DNA of 63,665 nt, counting the filler, from Octopus bimaculoides (Eukaryota), in assembly GCF_001194135.2 (NCBI RefSeq). It is 5 parts of 5 records of this genome, joined end to end, with 100 filler letters (N's around TTAATTAATTAA, not from the genome) between each part and the next. Parts side by side here need not be neighbours in the genome. Positions count along the whole stretch, not along the records: positions 31,448 to 41,224 come from NC_068981.1; positions 41,325 to 60,086 come from NC_068994.1; 3 more parts are not named here. The stretch is one strand, 5' to 3'. Made by a program: the position numbers and the translations under genes. Positions within the stretch are counted from its first letter, which is position 1; every line of letters begins with the position of its first letter. Below the pieces are notes generated by a model. It had not been told where the DNA came from and did no database searches. It worked only from the letters and a program-made list of their open reading frames with translations. This document shows, piece by piece, positions 38,838 through 51,767 of the stretch.

Positions 38838-40397
38838 TTTAATCTTCAGCTTTCGGAAACATTCGGTGATTTCCGTAACATCAACAGTACCTAAAGCCGT
38901 CGCTAACGCCCACAAATTAATCGTAACAAACAAATAAATAAACGAAAACAATTCTCATGTATGTATATATAGAAATATACACACACACACACGCACATAT
39001 ATATATATATATAAACTATTTAAGGTTAAGATAATTTCAGTGCTTGAATTTATAAAAAAAAATATTTGGGATTATTTTTGGGGGGGGGTATTATTTTTAT
39101 AAAGATTAAATAATAACATATTAGTCTATTTCTTTTCTAATTAAGATTTTTTTTGTTTGGTTTTTGTATTTTCCTCCAAAGAGGTACTTAAAAAAACCTG
39201 AAAGACATACAATGCGGTGAAACGAAAATCTCAAAATAGAACAATTAAATGGATCTTTCAAAAATAATAATAATAACAAACGTCAAAATTGTCAATGATT
39301 TTTATTGACTGTAGATTTTTACAAAGAAACAAATAATACAAAATCATTTTTTCCATTCAATCCCACATCTTTTAAATAAACATTGAATATGATATATATA
39401 TTTATATATATTTATATATNNNNNNNNNNNNNNNNNNNNNNNNNNNNNNNNNNNNNNNNNNNNNNNNNNNNNNNNNNNNNNNNNNNNNNNNNNNNNNNNN
39501 NNNNNNNNNNNNNNNNNNNNNNNNNNNNNNNNNNNNNNNNNNNNNNNNNNNNNNNNNNNNNNNNNNNNNNNNNNNNNNNNNNNATTAATGTTAAAGCTTA
39601 TCAAACAATTGCTTGAACATCTATTTTCTTACAAAGAAAGAAGAGAGTTCGTTTTAATTAGTAAAATATCGAATGATAGACATAAAGTGAAATTTAGTGA
39701 CGCTAGGAATTCTTACCAAATGAACTGGAAATCGATTGATAAAAAAACGATTACAAAAAAATACACATTAATTCCCAGAATGCGTTGCACATGTTATGAC
39801 GTCAACTGGATATTATTTCGGGTTTTAGTTTAAATTGGAGGGTCTTTTTCTTAACATTATTTGCTTGTGCTTTAAAATATCAGAGAGACTTGAGACTATT
39901 TCACTTGGTTAATATCCATATGTGAGTTCCATATATGTATTTTCATTTATTATTTTTAAGTTAAGAGACGGAAAGACTTTGGCAGAATCAGTAAAACAGC
40001 AGACGAATAATCACTAGGTTTTATTTGATTGCGTCCCTTTAAGTTATAAGTTCAAATCCTGGACTCGACTTAATTCTTTTTGATTATTGCGGAAAGGTGA
40101 CCACTTTACTGTCTACCCTTTTTTTTTCTCTCTTTTCCTCAGCTATGGTATATCTTGGACTACATTATTTAATGTAAGATGTAAATAACGTTGCAAGAAT
40201 AGGGGGAAACTTTTTGGTACAACGAGAAATTGCAACTTCTTAAAATCTGTGGTTGCGCATCTATACTAAGAAAACACTTCGGAAACTTTAATTTTAGAAA
40301 TTCATAATATGCATTTTATGTATTTGGGTCTTCATTAACAGTATGAACCCAAATTTATGTATTTGGGTTTTCATAAAATGTTTCCATATACTCTTTT

Positions 40398-40678
40398 ATT
40401 CTTTTACTTGTTTCAGTCATTTGACAGTGGCCATGCTGGAGCACCGCCTTTTAGTCGAGCAAATCGACCCCAGGACTTATTCTTTGTAAGCCTAGTATTT
40501 ATTCTATTGGGTCCCTTTTGCCGAACCGCTAAGTTACGGGGACGTTAACACACCAGCATCGGTTCTCAAGCGATGTTGGCGGGACAAACACAGACACACA
40601 AACATACACACCCACATACATACATATATACGACGGGCTTCTTTCAGTTTCCGTCTACCAAATCCACTCACAAGGCTT
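40398..40678 (-). mobile_element. SINE family A truncated at the LTR junction
   Basis: Similarity stops abruptly after CACAAGGCTTT. Confidence 0.8.
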
Positions 40679-40699
40679 TAGGAAAGTGGTTATACACCA

Positions 40700-41224
40700 T
40701 TAGGTATATACCTGCTTCCGTACATTAAATTCTGAAGAAACAACGGAACGCAGATTCTGTACTATCAACACAACAATATTTATTTACAGAGGAAATAGGC
40801 AGCACTTCGCCCTTTGGTTGCTGAGACGCCGTTAGTGATGTTGAGTGGTTATTTGTCTAGCTCCAGAGTTGGAATGTTGGATAGAGCTGTCTCCAGAGTT
40901 GGAATGCTGGAAAGAGCTGTCTCCAGAGTTGGAATGTTGGAGACAGACTGCTTGTACGTCTGAGCTCTCCGTCGGCCGGCGAGAAAAGAGAATGAATAAG
41001 GGCGCGAAGCTTGGATGTCCAATGACCACGCATGCGCACGAGACTCTTCCTGTATTCCTTCCGTAACTAGTCCCTGCGCATGCGTGGATAAGCTTTCCGG
41101 AATGTCTGCTATTAAGGCGTCACTACATGGCTCCCCCGCGTGTGCCGAAAGCACGAAAATAGAAAATTTGGAGGGACGCCTGAGGCAAGATGGCCACCGA
41201 AACCACCCACAAGATGTGGTACAA
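40700..41224 (-). mobile_element. Ty3/gypsy-like LTR plus polypurine tract and end of the internal region
   Basis: On the - strand: TTSCGWFRWPSCL (compare the TRSGRxVRxP integrase tail), then GGGGGAG, then TGTAGTG LTR start at 41127. AATAAA lies near the distal end; 30-bp tandem repeats at 40861-40940. Confidence 0.6.
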
Positions 41225-41324
41225 NNNNNNNNNNNNNNNNNNNNNNNNNNNNNNNNNNNNNNNNNNNNTTAATTAATTAANNNNNNNNNNNNNNNNNNNN
41301 NNNNNNNNNNNNNNNNNNNNNNNN
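41225..41324. other. Artificial scaffold-joining spacer
   Basis: 44N-TTAATTAATTAA-44N. Confidence 0.93.
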
Positions 41325-42659
41325 CCAAAACATACCACCACAAGCGAAAGCGTGTATTAGAAGAGGATCAGAGAAACTGTAAACCAAATTCTCTTTTTTT
41401 TACTATTTTCATTTCATACTTGTTTTTTTTTTTCAGTATGACTTGTCGACCACCACTAAAATTAATGAACTTTGTACATTCAAACAAATTGATATACAGC
41501 TTTAATTTTATTGACTGCTATGAACATTCAAACTTACACCTTCTGTTTTGAACATGTTAATTTATCAACATTGGAACATTTTAATTAGTCAATGTTGAAA
41601 CATTCTAGTTTGTCAACATTGAAACATTTTAATTTGTCAACATTGAAACTTTTAAAGACGTTTTCTTATTTTAAACTTTTACCTTTGATAAAGAAAAAAT
41701 ATTGTTGAAATTAGTTTTTGAAATTTAGGTGCATTTTCAACAACACATTTTCCTATATATNNNNNNNNNNNNNNNNNNNNNNNNNNNNNNNNNNNNNNNN
41801 NNNNNNNNNNNNNNNNNNNNNNNNNNNNNNNNNNNNNNNNNNNNNNNNNNNNNNNNNNNNNNNNNNNNNNNNNNNNNNNNNNNNNNNNNNNNNNNNNNNN
41901 NNNNNNNNNNNNNNNNNNNNNNNNNNNNNNNNNNNNNNNNNNNNNNNNNNNNNNNNNNNNNNNNNNNNNNNNNNNNNNNNNNNNNNNNNNNNNNNNNNNN
42001 TATATATAGTGGTTTTTCACTGTTTTATAGGCGTTGCCTAGATTTTTTTTAAATTATAATAGGATTTCGAACTCAAATATAAAAGTTAGGCACCAAATGA
42101 AATAATTCACTCTAATCTGGTGCTCCAAAATGTATACTAGTGATCAACGAAAGCAATAAGTATGTGTATAAGCAGCAACGGAACCTCTATATCATCGGCC
42201 GAATTGTCAGAAATCATCCTCTAATCGAATTGTGAGAAATCATCTTCTAACCGGTCAATAGTCCTCGGTTCCTTCTGTACTGCGATGCACATCACTACAT
42301 CCTCATCTGTCATATCTGCCTCGGGTTGTTTATTTTATGCTTTTATTGTTTTCTTTTCTCGGGACTGTTTCTGAAGCAAGCTAGTTTCTTTTTATGAGAA
42401 AGGGTTACCGGGACCTCACTTAACACTCCTCTTTTATATGTGTTTTTGGTAACACTGGCATCCCTATTTAAATTACAATAATCAGGCGGTGATGAGATGA
42501 TTCTGAGAGAGAGAGGGAGAAAGAGAGAGAAAGAGAGAGAAAGAGAGAGGGAGAAAGAGAGAGAAAGAGAGAGAGAGAAAGAGAGAGGGAGAAAGAGAGA
42601 GGGAGAAAGAGAGAGAAAGAGAGAGGGAGAAAGAGAGAGAAAGAGAGAGGGAGAAGGGG

Positions 42660-42980
42660 CTACCTGAGTACTAAACTGGTACTTGATATTAGGGATATCG
42701 GAAGGATGAAAGGCAAAATTGACGCGAGCGGAATTTGAACTCAGAACTCAAAGAGCACGAATAAAATTTGGTTTCAAATTTTGGCACCCGATCGACAATT
42801 TCGGAGAGGGGATAAGTCGATTAAAGCGTAGTAGTCAACTGGTACTTATTTTATCGATCCCTAAAGGATGAAAGATAAAGTCGGCCTCGACGGAATTTGA
42901 ACTCAGAACGTAAAGACGGACGAAATACAGCTAAGCATTTTTTCCAGCATGCTAACGATTCTACCAGCTCGCTACCTTAC
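42660..42980 (-). mobile_element. Two consecutive SINE family B copies
   Basis: GGATGAAAG..AAAGTCG..CTCG.CGGAATTTGAACTCAGAAC occurs twice. Confidence 0.75.
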
Positions 42981-43637
42981 AAGAGCCGGAATCGATATTA
43001 AGAGGCATTTTATACGATGTTCAACAGATTCTGTCAACAAACCGCCATAACTGACAATTGACAATCTTAAATAATCACACAACCAACAATGTAGTGGTGT
43101 ATAGGCCTAAAAAAACGGGGTGGACACTACTCGTTTGGAATGTCTTTGATTATAATTTGCACAACAGGGCTGACCTGATACTAAACAACACGACGATGAC
43201 GTTCTGTTCTGGTGCAAAATATACGGAGATACACGTATTATCACAGATTTAAGTATGTATTTGTATAGACGAATTTTTGAGGAAGGGGAAGTATGTATGT
43301 ACGCGGGTGTATTCTTGAATATACAAACAAAGAAAAAGGTTCGCAATAAACAGCAATGTTATTGATTTATTTGTAATTCTGTTCCTTTATGACTAGACGC
43401 AGAATGAACCCACACACATACACACCTTCCAAACGCATAGTACACACACCTGTACATACACATAACCTATATATTAGTATACGTCCAAATTGATATATAT
43501 ATATATATATATCAGAAATAATTGAGATTCAGATGAATTAGGTACTTAAGTTGAAGCACAGAATCAGTACGGTATTATCCGTACAAGTAAGGTGAATAAA
43601 ATCAAAATATGCAACAGGATATCGAGAGTACGACCGT

Positions 43638-43725
43638 TTCAAGTACGACCGTTTCAAGCGGCTCCATTTAATTGAACAATGCAATCATTACATCAATTTA
43701 AATGCAAGGTTATTCTCAGCTGCAT
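43638..43725 (-). ncRNA. Degenerate hammerhead paralog (CUGAGAA; 3' stem I lost)
   Basis: Reverse complement of the 46019 motif, with a 15-bp tandem duplication of CTTGAAACGGTCGTA. Confidence 0.45.
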
Positions 43726-46018
43726 AAATAAATAGAATTTTTAATCAGTTGGACACATTAATATAATTTTACTCAAATGCTCTAATAGAAAGAGTCCATG
43801 TTGCCACTAAGGTTGCCACTAATGTAGCTAAGAATATACTACACTTCTAAGAATTGTATGAAGTTTGTTGGGGTCATAGCTTGTAAAGGATTGTGGTTCA
43901 TTTTTAATTTATTAATCTTTTTTATCAACTATCAAATCTAAGACTAGAATACTGGGTTTTAGAACGGAGGGCAGGAGTGAGTTGACAGCACATAGTTGGG
44001 TATGGGCATAAATATTGTCAAGACTTCTAGGATTAGTATAAAGTAACTGTCTATAAAGGAGGTTGGGTAGGGGAAGAACCCAAATCAAGATGTTAATTAC
44101 CAGTTAAAGGGGCAAAACACTAATAAAATCTATGATGTTAATACAGAGGAAATTATCATGGGGTACTATGGGTGATTGTATATAGACAATACTGTTATGT
44201 TGTATAAAGATTATATTTAAGATTATTAAAATGATATTATAACCAAAATTGATAAAATGTGTATATATACCAATTTTCAACATTAGAAAGGGAAGATTAG
44301 AATTAGTTTAATATTCATTCATGTACTTAATTATTTACTTGTTAGGTGGTTTATAACGACTGCTCTGAGTATTTACTTATGGAATACTGGGGTGATAAAT
44401 CATGCTATTTATATATTATTTATAAGCTAAGAATCAGAAAAAAAAACGGAAAAAATAACAAGTTGTGTACAAATATACACACATATTTAATTATGTGCAC
44501 ACATGCAAATATATTCAAATATTTATACTTTATAATGGATATGTTATAATCAACTCTCATAGACTTAAATAACTAGAAAGTTTATGTCTCTACTTAAGAA
44601 CAGTAACAACTTATAAGGGATAAGAGGTTAATAGGTAAAGATATCAAAATAAGAAAACAAAATAATAAGAAATTATAGAGAATAGTAAGAAAATATATAT
44701 AACTTATATTTTAAAGAAACAGAGTATTAAAATTTGGGGTAGGGGAGAGGTAAAGATAACCTCACACAAGAAGCAATAGGTATGGTAGTAGTGAGGGCAG
44801 TGGGAAGTATTCAGACCGAAGGGGGTATTTAATAAGTTATAAAGTTACCTTTGCTATTTGCTATTACATACATGATTTTATAGTTTCACAGGGGTATATA
44901 ATTAGGAGGCTTACTTACATAAAACCCATGACAAAATACATAACATGATTAGTAGGCTAGAACATCATAGAAAGGAACGAATAGTTTAATCACCAAAAAC
45001 ATGATGAAGTCAGACTAACTAGGCAGGATTATTCATAGGATAGTAACTACATGTAGTATACCACATACCATACCATATAGCTTATAACATATTCAATGCA
45101 CTTTAGTTCATCATATTACTCTATATCCCATGATTTTATTATATAATACTAGGGGTTAAGTTCACATCAGATACTACACTAAAAATGAATTTCCTTCATC
45201 CAGGTTCAAGTATAGCACCTTTAAACGCTAATTTCGAAAATATTGAAATGTACTGGTGACGCTATTTACGCAAGATAACCTTAGGCCTAATCTATTATTT
45301 ATCAGGTTGCTCTTGTCCCTATACTTAAAAGTTTCATAAGTTTCCATAGAGCACAGCTCGCACCTGTATCGACTATCTCTATAAGGCTGTGCTTTTCTTA
45401 TTATGTCCCATTTTAGTATAAATTCGATTCCGCTTTCCTTCAGTTCCCAAATCTTACTAGATAAAGACGTACAACTGGATTTTATGATTGAGCCTAAAAG
45501 ATGAAAAATCTTAAATTTTATCTTTATACAACATAACAATATTGTTTATATACAATCACCCATAGTACCCCATGATAATTTCCACTGTATTAACATCATA
45601 GATCTTATTAGCGTTTTGCCCCTTTAACTGGTAATTAACATCTTGATTTGGGCTCTTCCCCTACCCAGCCTCTTTTATAGACAGTTACTTTATTCTAATC
45701 CTAGAAGTCTTGACAATATTTATGACCATACCCAGCTATGTGCTGTCAACTCACTCCTGCCCTCCGTTCTAAAAAGACAGTCCTCTAGTCTTAGATTTGA
45801 TAGTTGATAAAAAGACTAATAAATTAAAAATGAACCACAATCCTTTACAAGCTATGACCCCAACAAACTTCATACAATTCTTAGAAGTGTAGTATATTCT
45901 TAGCTACATTAGTGGCAACCTTAGTGGCAACATGGACTCTTTCCCTATTCTTGCTCTATTAGAGCATTTGAGTAAAATTATGTTAATGTATCCAACTGAT
46001 TAAAAATTCTATTTATTT

Positions 46019-46106
46019 ATGCAGCTGAGCATAGCCTTGCATTTAAATTGATGTAATGATTGCATTGTTCAATTAAATGGAGCTGCTTGAAACGGTCGTA
46101 CTGCAT
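46019..46106 (+). ncRNA. Hammerhead motif paralog, G8 mutated (CUGAGCA), probably inactive
   Basis: AUGCAG/CUGCAU stem I; GAAAC-GGUC-GUA; same long stem II as the 59157 copy. Confidence 0.55.
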
Positions 46107-46509
46107 CGCCTTTTCATACCCTGTGGCAAATTTTGATTTATATATATANNNNNNNNNNNNNNNNNNNNNNNNNNNNNNNNNNNNNNNNNNNNNNNNNNNN
46201 NNNNNNNNNNNNNNNNNNNNNNNNNNNNNNNNNNNNNNNNNNNNNNNNNNNNNNNNNNNNNNNNNNNNNNNNNNNNNNNNNNNNNNNNNNNNNNNNNNNN
46301 NNNNNNNNNNNNNNNNNNNNNNNNNNNNNNNNNNNNNNNNNNNNNNNNNNNNNNNNNNNNNNNNNNNNNNNNNNNNNNNNNNNNNNNNNNNNNNNNNNNN
46401 NNNNNNNNNNNNNNNNNNNNNNNNNNNNNNNNNNNNNNNNNNNNNNNNNNNNNNNNNNNNNNNNNNNNNNNNNNNNNNNNNNNNNNNNNNNNNNNNNNNN
46501 NNNNNNNNN

Positions 46510-46544
<35 letters not shown>

Positions 46545-47860
46545 TCAGTCGTCTTTGATAAACGGTGACGTTAGTTATCATATTCTTTACTTTCACGGCC
46601 ATTCGTCATCCATTGTATAAAAATCTTTCTTCAGAAATCCTTTTCCGTGGACATTCAATTCTTTCTCACTTTCTTTTTTTTTTCTTCTTTTCTTTTTTAT
46701 TTATGGCTTCTGCATTCACTAACACACCGATACTCCATTCAAATGCGCACGCATGCAAACAGGTACACACACACACACATACGCACATAAACACAGTTAC
46801 ATAGTTCATCCTTTCTCTACCGCTTTATCCACCGTTTTTACTTTCTCTCCTTTTCTCTCTTGTTCTTTTTCTCCATTCCTTTTCCTTCGCGCTTCTCATC
46901 TTTGTTTTACTCCCACTTATCCTATTTCCTTCTTCATTATCTCATTCCATTATTCTCTCTCTCTCTCTCACTCTCTCTCTCTCTCTCTCCCTCTCTTTAT
47001 CTCTCTTTTTCTCTCTCTCTCTCTCCCTCTCTTTCTTTCTTTCTTTCTTTCTCAGTCTTTTGAAAACAGGTTATTTATTTAAGTCTGTTCAACTGGTTAA
47101 ACTGGATCGGACTGAGAAGACAGTTTAAACTTAGTCACCGTATACATAGTATTACTTGAAAATATTTCCAATGCCATTGAAGCATAATTCATCCACAGTT
47201 TAAAAACACAACAGAATAACCCAACGAAGGAGCCTCTACTAGGTCAGTCGACCTGCTAAACATAGCAACCATATTTCTCTCAGTCACTCGCTACCTTTAC
47301 CGTTTAGAAAGGGACTCGTTGGATGATGTGCTACCGTGTTCCCTATACGTATGAAAAAAGCCTAAGTAGTCACGGCTGGAATGTCTTTGGCCAAAGGTCT
47401 GCTCTATGAAGGCTGAACAAATGCTAAGCGACAACAATAACAACAGCAAACACTTCAGCTTTTCTCTTGATTTTCCTGTCTTTCCCACTCTTTCAATAAC
47501 AATTTATTTTTGTTCCGTTATCGTTTACTTTTTTATGAGGTATTCTTTTATATAGAAGAGTCTGTGAATCAGAAGTGCTGAAATGAAGCGTTTACGAAAC
47601 ATAGATGAGAATTAAATGTGGTCGTTATTTTTATTTTTACTTATTTCAGTCATTCCACAGCGGCCATGCTGGGGTACCGTTTTGAAAAATTTTTAGTCAA
47701 ATAAATCAACCCTAGTACTTTTTTTTTAGGCCTAGTACTTATTCTATCGAACTATTTTGCTGAATCGCTGAGTTACAGGGACATAAACACACCAATCACC
47801 GATTGTTAAATGATGGTGGGAGACAAACACAGACACAAACATACACACACACACACACAC

Positions 47861-48354
47861 ATTAATCAAAGTGTACAGTATTATATATCCATTACGGCCG
47901 ATTTTACCAATCGGTTTCGCACAGGGGGTTCAAAGGAGTGTGAGGTAAGAGCCCGATTATGTAACCATGCGCTCTTCAGAGATAGCAGTTATGGAATGAA
48001 ATATGGCGACTACTCTCTATTGTTGGAGGTGGATGGACATATCCAGCTTGTGGTAGCTGTAAAAAACGTGATAGGTTAGGTGAAAAGCTATGTCCCTTGG
48101 TACCCCCCACCAAAAAAAAAAACACTCTGGGCGACATAACTCTTAACTTAACCCTTGTTCGGTTCGTTTCATCGATTTTTCACTGCGACTACAAACCGGA
48201 TGTGTCCGTTCACCTACAACAATAGAGAGCAGTCACCATGTTTCGTTCTATAACTCCATCGCTGAAGAGTGCATGATTAAATAATTAGAATGTTACCTAA
48301 CCGATTGGTAAGATCGGCCGTAATGGATATATAATACTGTACGCTTCGATTAAT
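47861..48354. mobile_element. Foldback/TIR non-autonomous DNA element
   Basis: 57-bp near-perfect TIRs (ATTAATCAAAGTGTACAG...CCAATCGGTT) plus ~100-bp diverged inner inverted arms. Confidence 0.85.
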
Positions 48355-48360
48355 ATACAT

Positions 48361-48836
48361 ATTCTACTGACAGATATACGAGTGCAATTTTCCTGTATTG
48401 TGGATTCTTAAACGGTATATATATGCACGCGCACCAATGGCGGTGGGCAACTCTGTATACGATTCTGATGATTACGGTTCATTACAAATCAGGCTGATGA
48501 GGAATAGACAAATGGTAAGAATTTGTTAAATCCGAAACTAGTTCCTATTTAATAATGCTTTTTTAGGTGATTTTAAATGTCTTGCCCGCTCACGTTTTTG
48601 GTATGCTGCTATATTTCATGTTGAGAACAATTTAGGTTTTAATAGACACAAGATGTGATCTATTTCTAGCGCATTAATTGTCCACGTTAGTGGTCGACGT
48701 TATTTTTTAAAATGTACCTTAATCCCCTGAGATTGCAGATAATATTTCTGAATCTCTTTGATTCTTTAGATGTGCTGGCCTACTGATAATTAATCGATAT
48801 TAATTAATATATGACTAATTACCAGATTTTATAATA
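48361..48836 (+). mobile_element. Probable Penelope-like 3' terminal repeat, second family
   Basis: Contains a minimal hammerhead. Its last ~150 bp recur inverted at 18870-19022 and end in a TA run. Confidence 0.55.
48487..48549 (+). ncRNA. Minimal type I hammerhead ribozyme motif
   Basis: AGG/CCU stem I, extended by AAU/AUU; CUGAUGA at 48494-48500; stem II GGA..ACAAAU/AUUUGU..UCC; GAAA-CUAG-UU with palindromic AACUAGUU. Confidence 0.72.
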
Positions 48837-49043
48837 ATTATATATATAGACTTCACATAAAATAAAATTATGATTAATAAAAGTATCACGTTAATAAATG
48901 TCGCTGGAAAAGTGTAATCTAAGATGTCCTGCATCGGATGGGTTCGCCATTTGGGAAAAAACGGCGTAATCGAGTAATTTCTAAAAGTAAAGGATTCTGA
49001 TTCAAAGGAAGTAATCGAGACAAGTCGGAATATATACTGTACG

Positions 49044-49133
49044 GAAGAAGAAGAAGAAGAAGAAGAAGAAGAAGAAGAAGAAGAAGAAGAAGAAGAAGAA
49101 GAAGAAGAAGAAGAAGAAGAAGAAGAAGAAGAA
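49044..49133. repeat. (GAA)n microsatellite, about 30 units
   Basis: Perfect run; a shorter (GAA)n lies at about 7474-7521. Confidence 0.95.
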
Positions 49134-50055
49134 AATTAATATTTATTACGGGGATCTCCAGGTATGGCTTCAACGAATCGTAAACGGCTCCGTTTCGAAC
49201 GAACTTGGTGTTAGTGCAATATGTACAAGTAGAAATAGCGTCTATTCATGCGCTTCTGCAGATATGTGCAAGCAACAGGAAACTGCACAGAAAGTAAATT
49301 CTTTTAAGCATTGTAGAAGGTAGATAGATAGATAGATAGATAGATAAAGAGAGGGTGTTGGTGGAAAGAGACAGAGAAAGAAAGAGAGGGAGACACAGAC
49401 AGACACATAGACAAAGTGAGAGAGATGAGATCATGACTGAGATGATGCTGAAATAGGAGCACTAAAGAGACACTTCCATCGGCCAATGTTGGCGATGTGC
49501 TTTTGTGTTTATCTCTCGAAGCCTACTCTCCGGAGTGCACGCAGTCTCAGATTAGTTTGTTTTTTTTGTTTTTTTTTTTCGTGGGGTGTGATGGAGGCGG
49601 ATTTCTAGAAGTCTCGTAGAGGCTCCTTCATTGGGTTATTGTTCTGTTGTGTTTTTAAACTGTGGATGAATTATGTTTCAATGGCATTGGAAATATTTTC
49701 AAGTAATACTATATATAATATATATGATATATAAGCCAATTCATGCGCTTTTGCACAAGACAGAAAGTAAATTCTTTTAAGAATAGTAGAAGTTAGGTAG
49801 GTAGGTAAAGAGAGAGAGAGTGAGTGAGAGAGAGTGAGTGAGAGAGAGAGTGAGTGAGAGAGAGAGAGTGAGAGAGAGATGTATATTTATATATATGGGT
49901 TCGGATATAGTTATACATATATTGGTTAAGATTTTGCTGTTCGTATGTCTGACCAGGTGTTAAGAACACACTGCCACTAAAATCCCTCCAGTGTTTGTCA
50001 TTATAGCTATGACATTAAAAGTGACATACGTTTAGTCATCTTTTATTGCTACAAG

Positions 50056-50381
50056 GCACTCCGTCGCTTACGACGTCGAGGGTTCCAGTTGATCCGATCA
50101 ACGGAACAGCCTGCTCATGAAATTAACGAGCAAGTAGCTGAGCACTCCACAGACACGTGTACCCTTAACGTAGTTCTCGGGGATATTCAGCGTGACACAG
50201 TGTAACAAGGCTGACCCTTTGAATTACAGGTACAACAGAAACAGAAACAGGAAGCCGGAGCCTCGTGGAGCTTTAGGTGTTTTCGCTCAATAAACACTCA
50301 CAACGCCCGGTCTGTGAATCGAAACCGCGATCCTATGACCGCGAGTCCGCTGCCCTAACCACTGGGCCATTGCGCCTCCAC
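50056..50381 (-). mobile_element. SINE family C
   Basis: Collinear with 14418-14730 but lacks a ~55-bp internal segment. Confidence 0.85.
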
Positions 50382-51151
50382 TTAATGTGTACACTCTGTA
50401 TAAAAATACTTTCTCTCGTTCTCTTTCTCTACCACGCTATATACAGCTCCCAGTAACCACACCATGTATATATAAAATATTCTACATATATATTTAAGCC
50501 ATTATAAATGCAGGCGTGGTTGTGTGGTATGAAGTTTGCTTCCCAACCACATAGTTCCGGGTTCAATCTATCAGTTAGGTTGGACACGTGTCTTCTGGTA
50601 TAGCCCTGGGCCGACCAGTCTTGGGAATGAATTTGGTAGATGGAAACTGAAAGAAACTCGTCGTGTATATGTGTGTATGTGCGCACGCGCCGACGAACAT
50701 ATGGTAGTTCAATTAGTTCAATCATTGCAGTTAAGTTCCACCATGTGCTTGATTTATATTGTAATTGCTATACATATTTTCTTCATTAACAATGAGAGAG
50801 GAGGTTACTTGTCCTCTGATGAATGATCAATAGGAAATCATGTCAAGACAATCTCCTTTGTTTTTCTGTGAAAAGAGAATAACTAAGTGTGTTTATATCC
50901 GTTTAGATATTTATAGAAAAGGCATAAAAGTTTTTAACTACGTTAAATTTATCTTAAGTTTTTAACAAATGCTGTGTTGTGTATAAATATTCCATTTTAT
51001 ATGTGCGTATGTATATCATAACGTATAAATGCGCGCACGCGTATGTGTGTTGTGTGCGTATGTTTATCAGTACATTTTTTATGAATGATTTGTTTACATC
51101 ATATAGGTTTGCAAACCGTAATATAATAGCAATATTTACACACACACACAC

Positions 51152-51198
<47 letters not shown>

Positions 51199-51729
51199 TA
51201 CATACACACATACATACATACATACATACATACATACAAGCATACATACATATATTTATTATACATACATCACAGAAACATGTTTACACATGCCTGCATA
51301 CATACACACATACATTCTTACATTCATACATATATACACTCATACATACATGCATACATTATACTTACATTCATAAATACACGCATTCAAACGTACGCAC
51401 ATACATACGTACATACATTCATACATACACACATTCAAACGTACGCACATACATACATACATTCAAACATACTTACATATATACATACATACATAGAAAC
51501 GTGCATACAAACATATATATATNNNNNNNNNNNNNNNNNNNNNNNNNNNNNNNNNNNNNNNNNNNNNNNNNNNNNNNNNNNNNNNNNNNNNNNNNNNNNN
51601 NNNNNNNNNNNNNNNNNNNNNNNNNNNNNNNNNNNNNNNNNNNNNNNNNNNNNNNNNNNNNNNNNNNNNNNNNNNNNNNNNNNNNNNNNNNNNNNNNNNN
51701 NNNNNNNNATATACATACATTCATACATT

Positions 51730-51767
<38 letters not shown>

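Larger units (their letters stand above)
43513..46140 (-). mobile_element. 5'-truncated Penelope-like retroelement (GIY-YIG C-terminus, long 3' region) with an inverted copy of its 3' end at its 5' side
   Basis: 45250-45500 (-) encodes SSCTSLSSKIWELKESGIEFILKWDIIRKAQPY...CELCSMETYETFKYRDKSNLINNR, typical of the PLE endonuclease C-terminus. Inverted arms of about 620 bp at 43600-44224 and 45507-46140. Hammerhead motifs in both arms. Confidence 0.8.
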
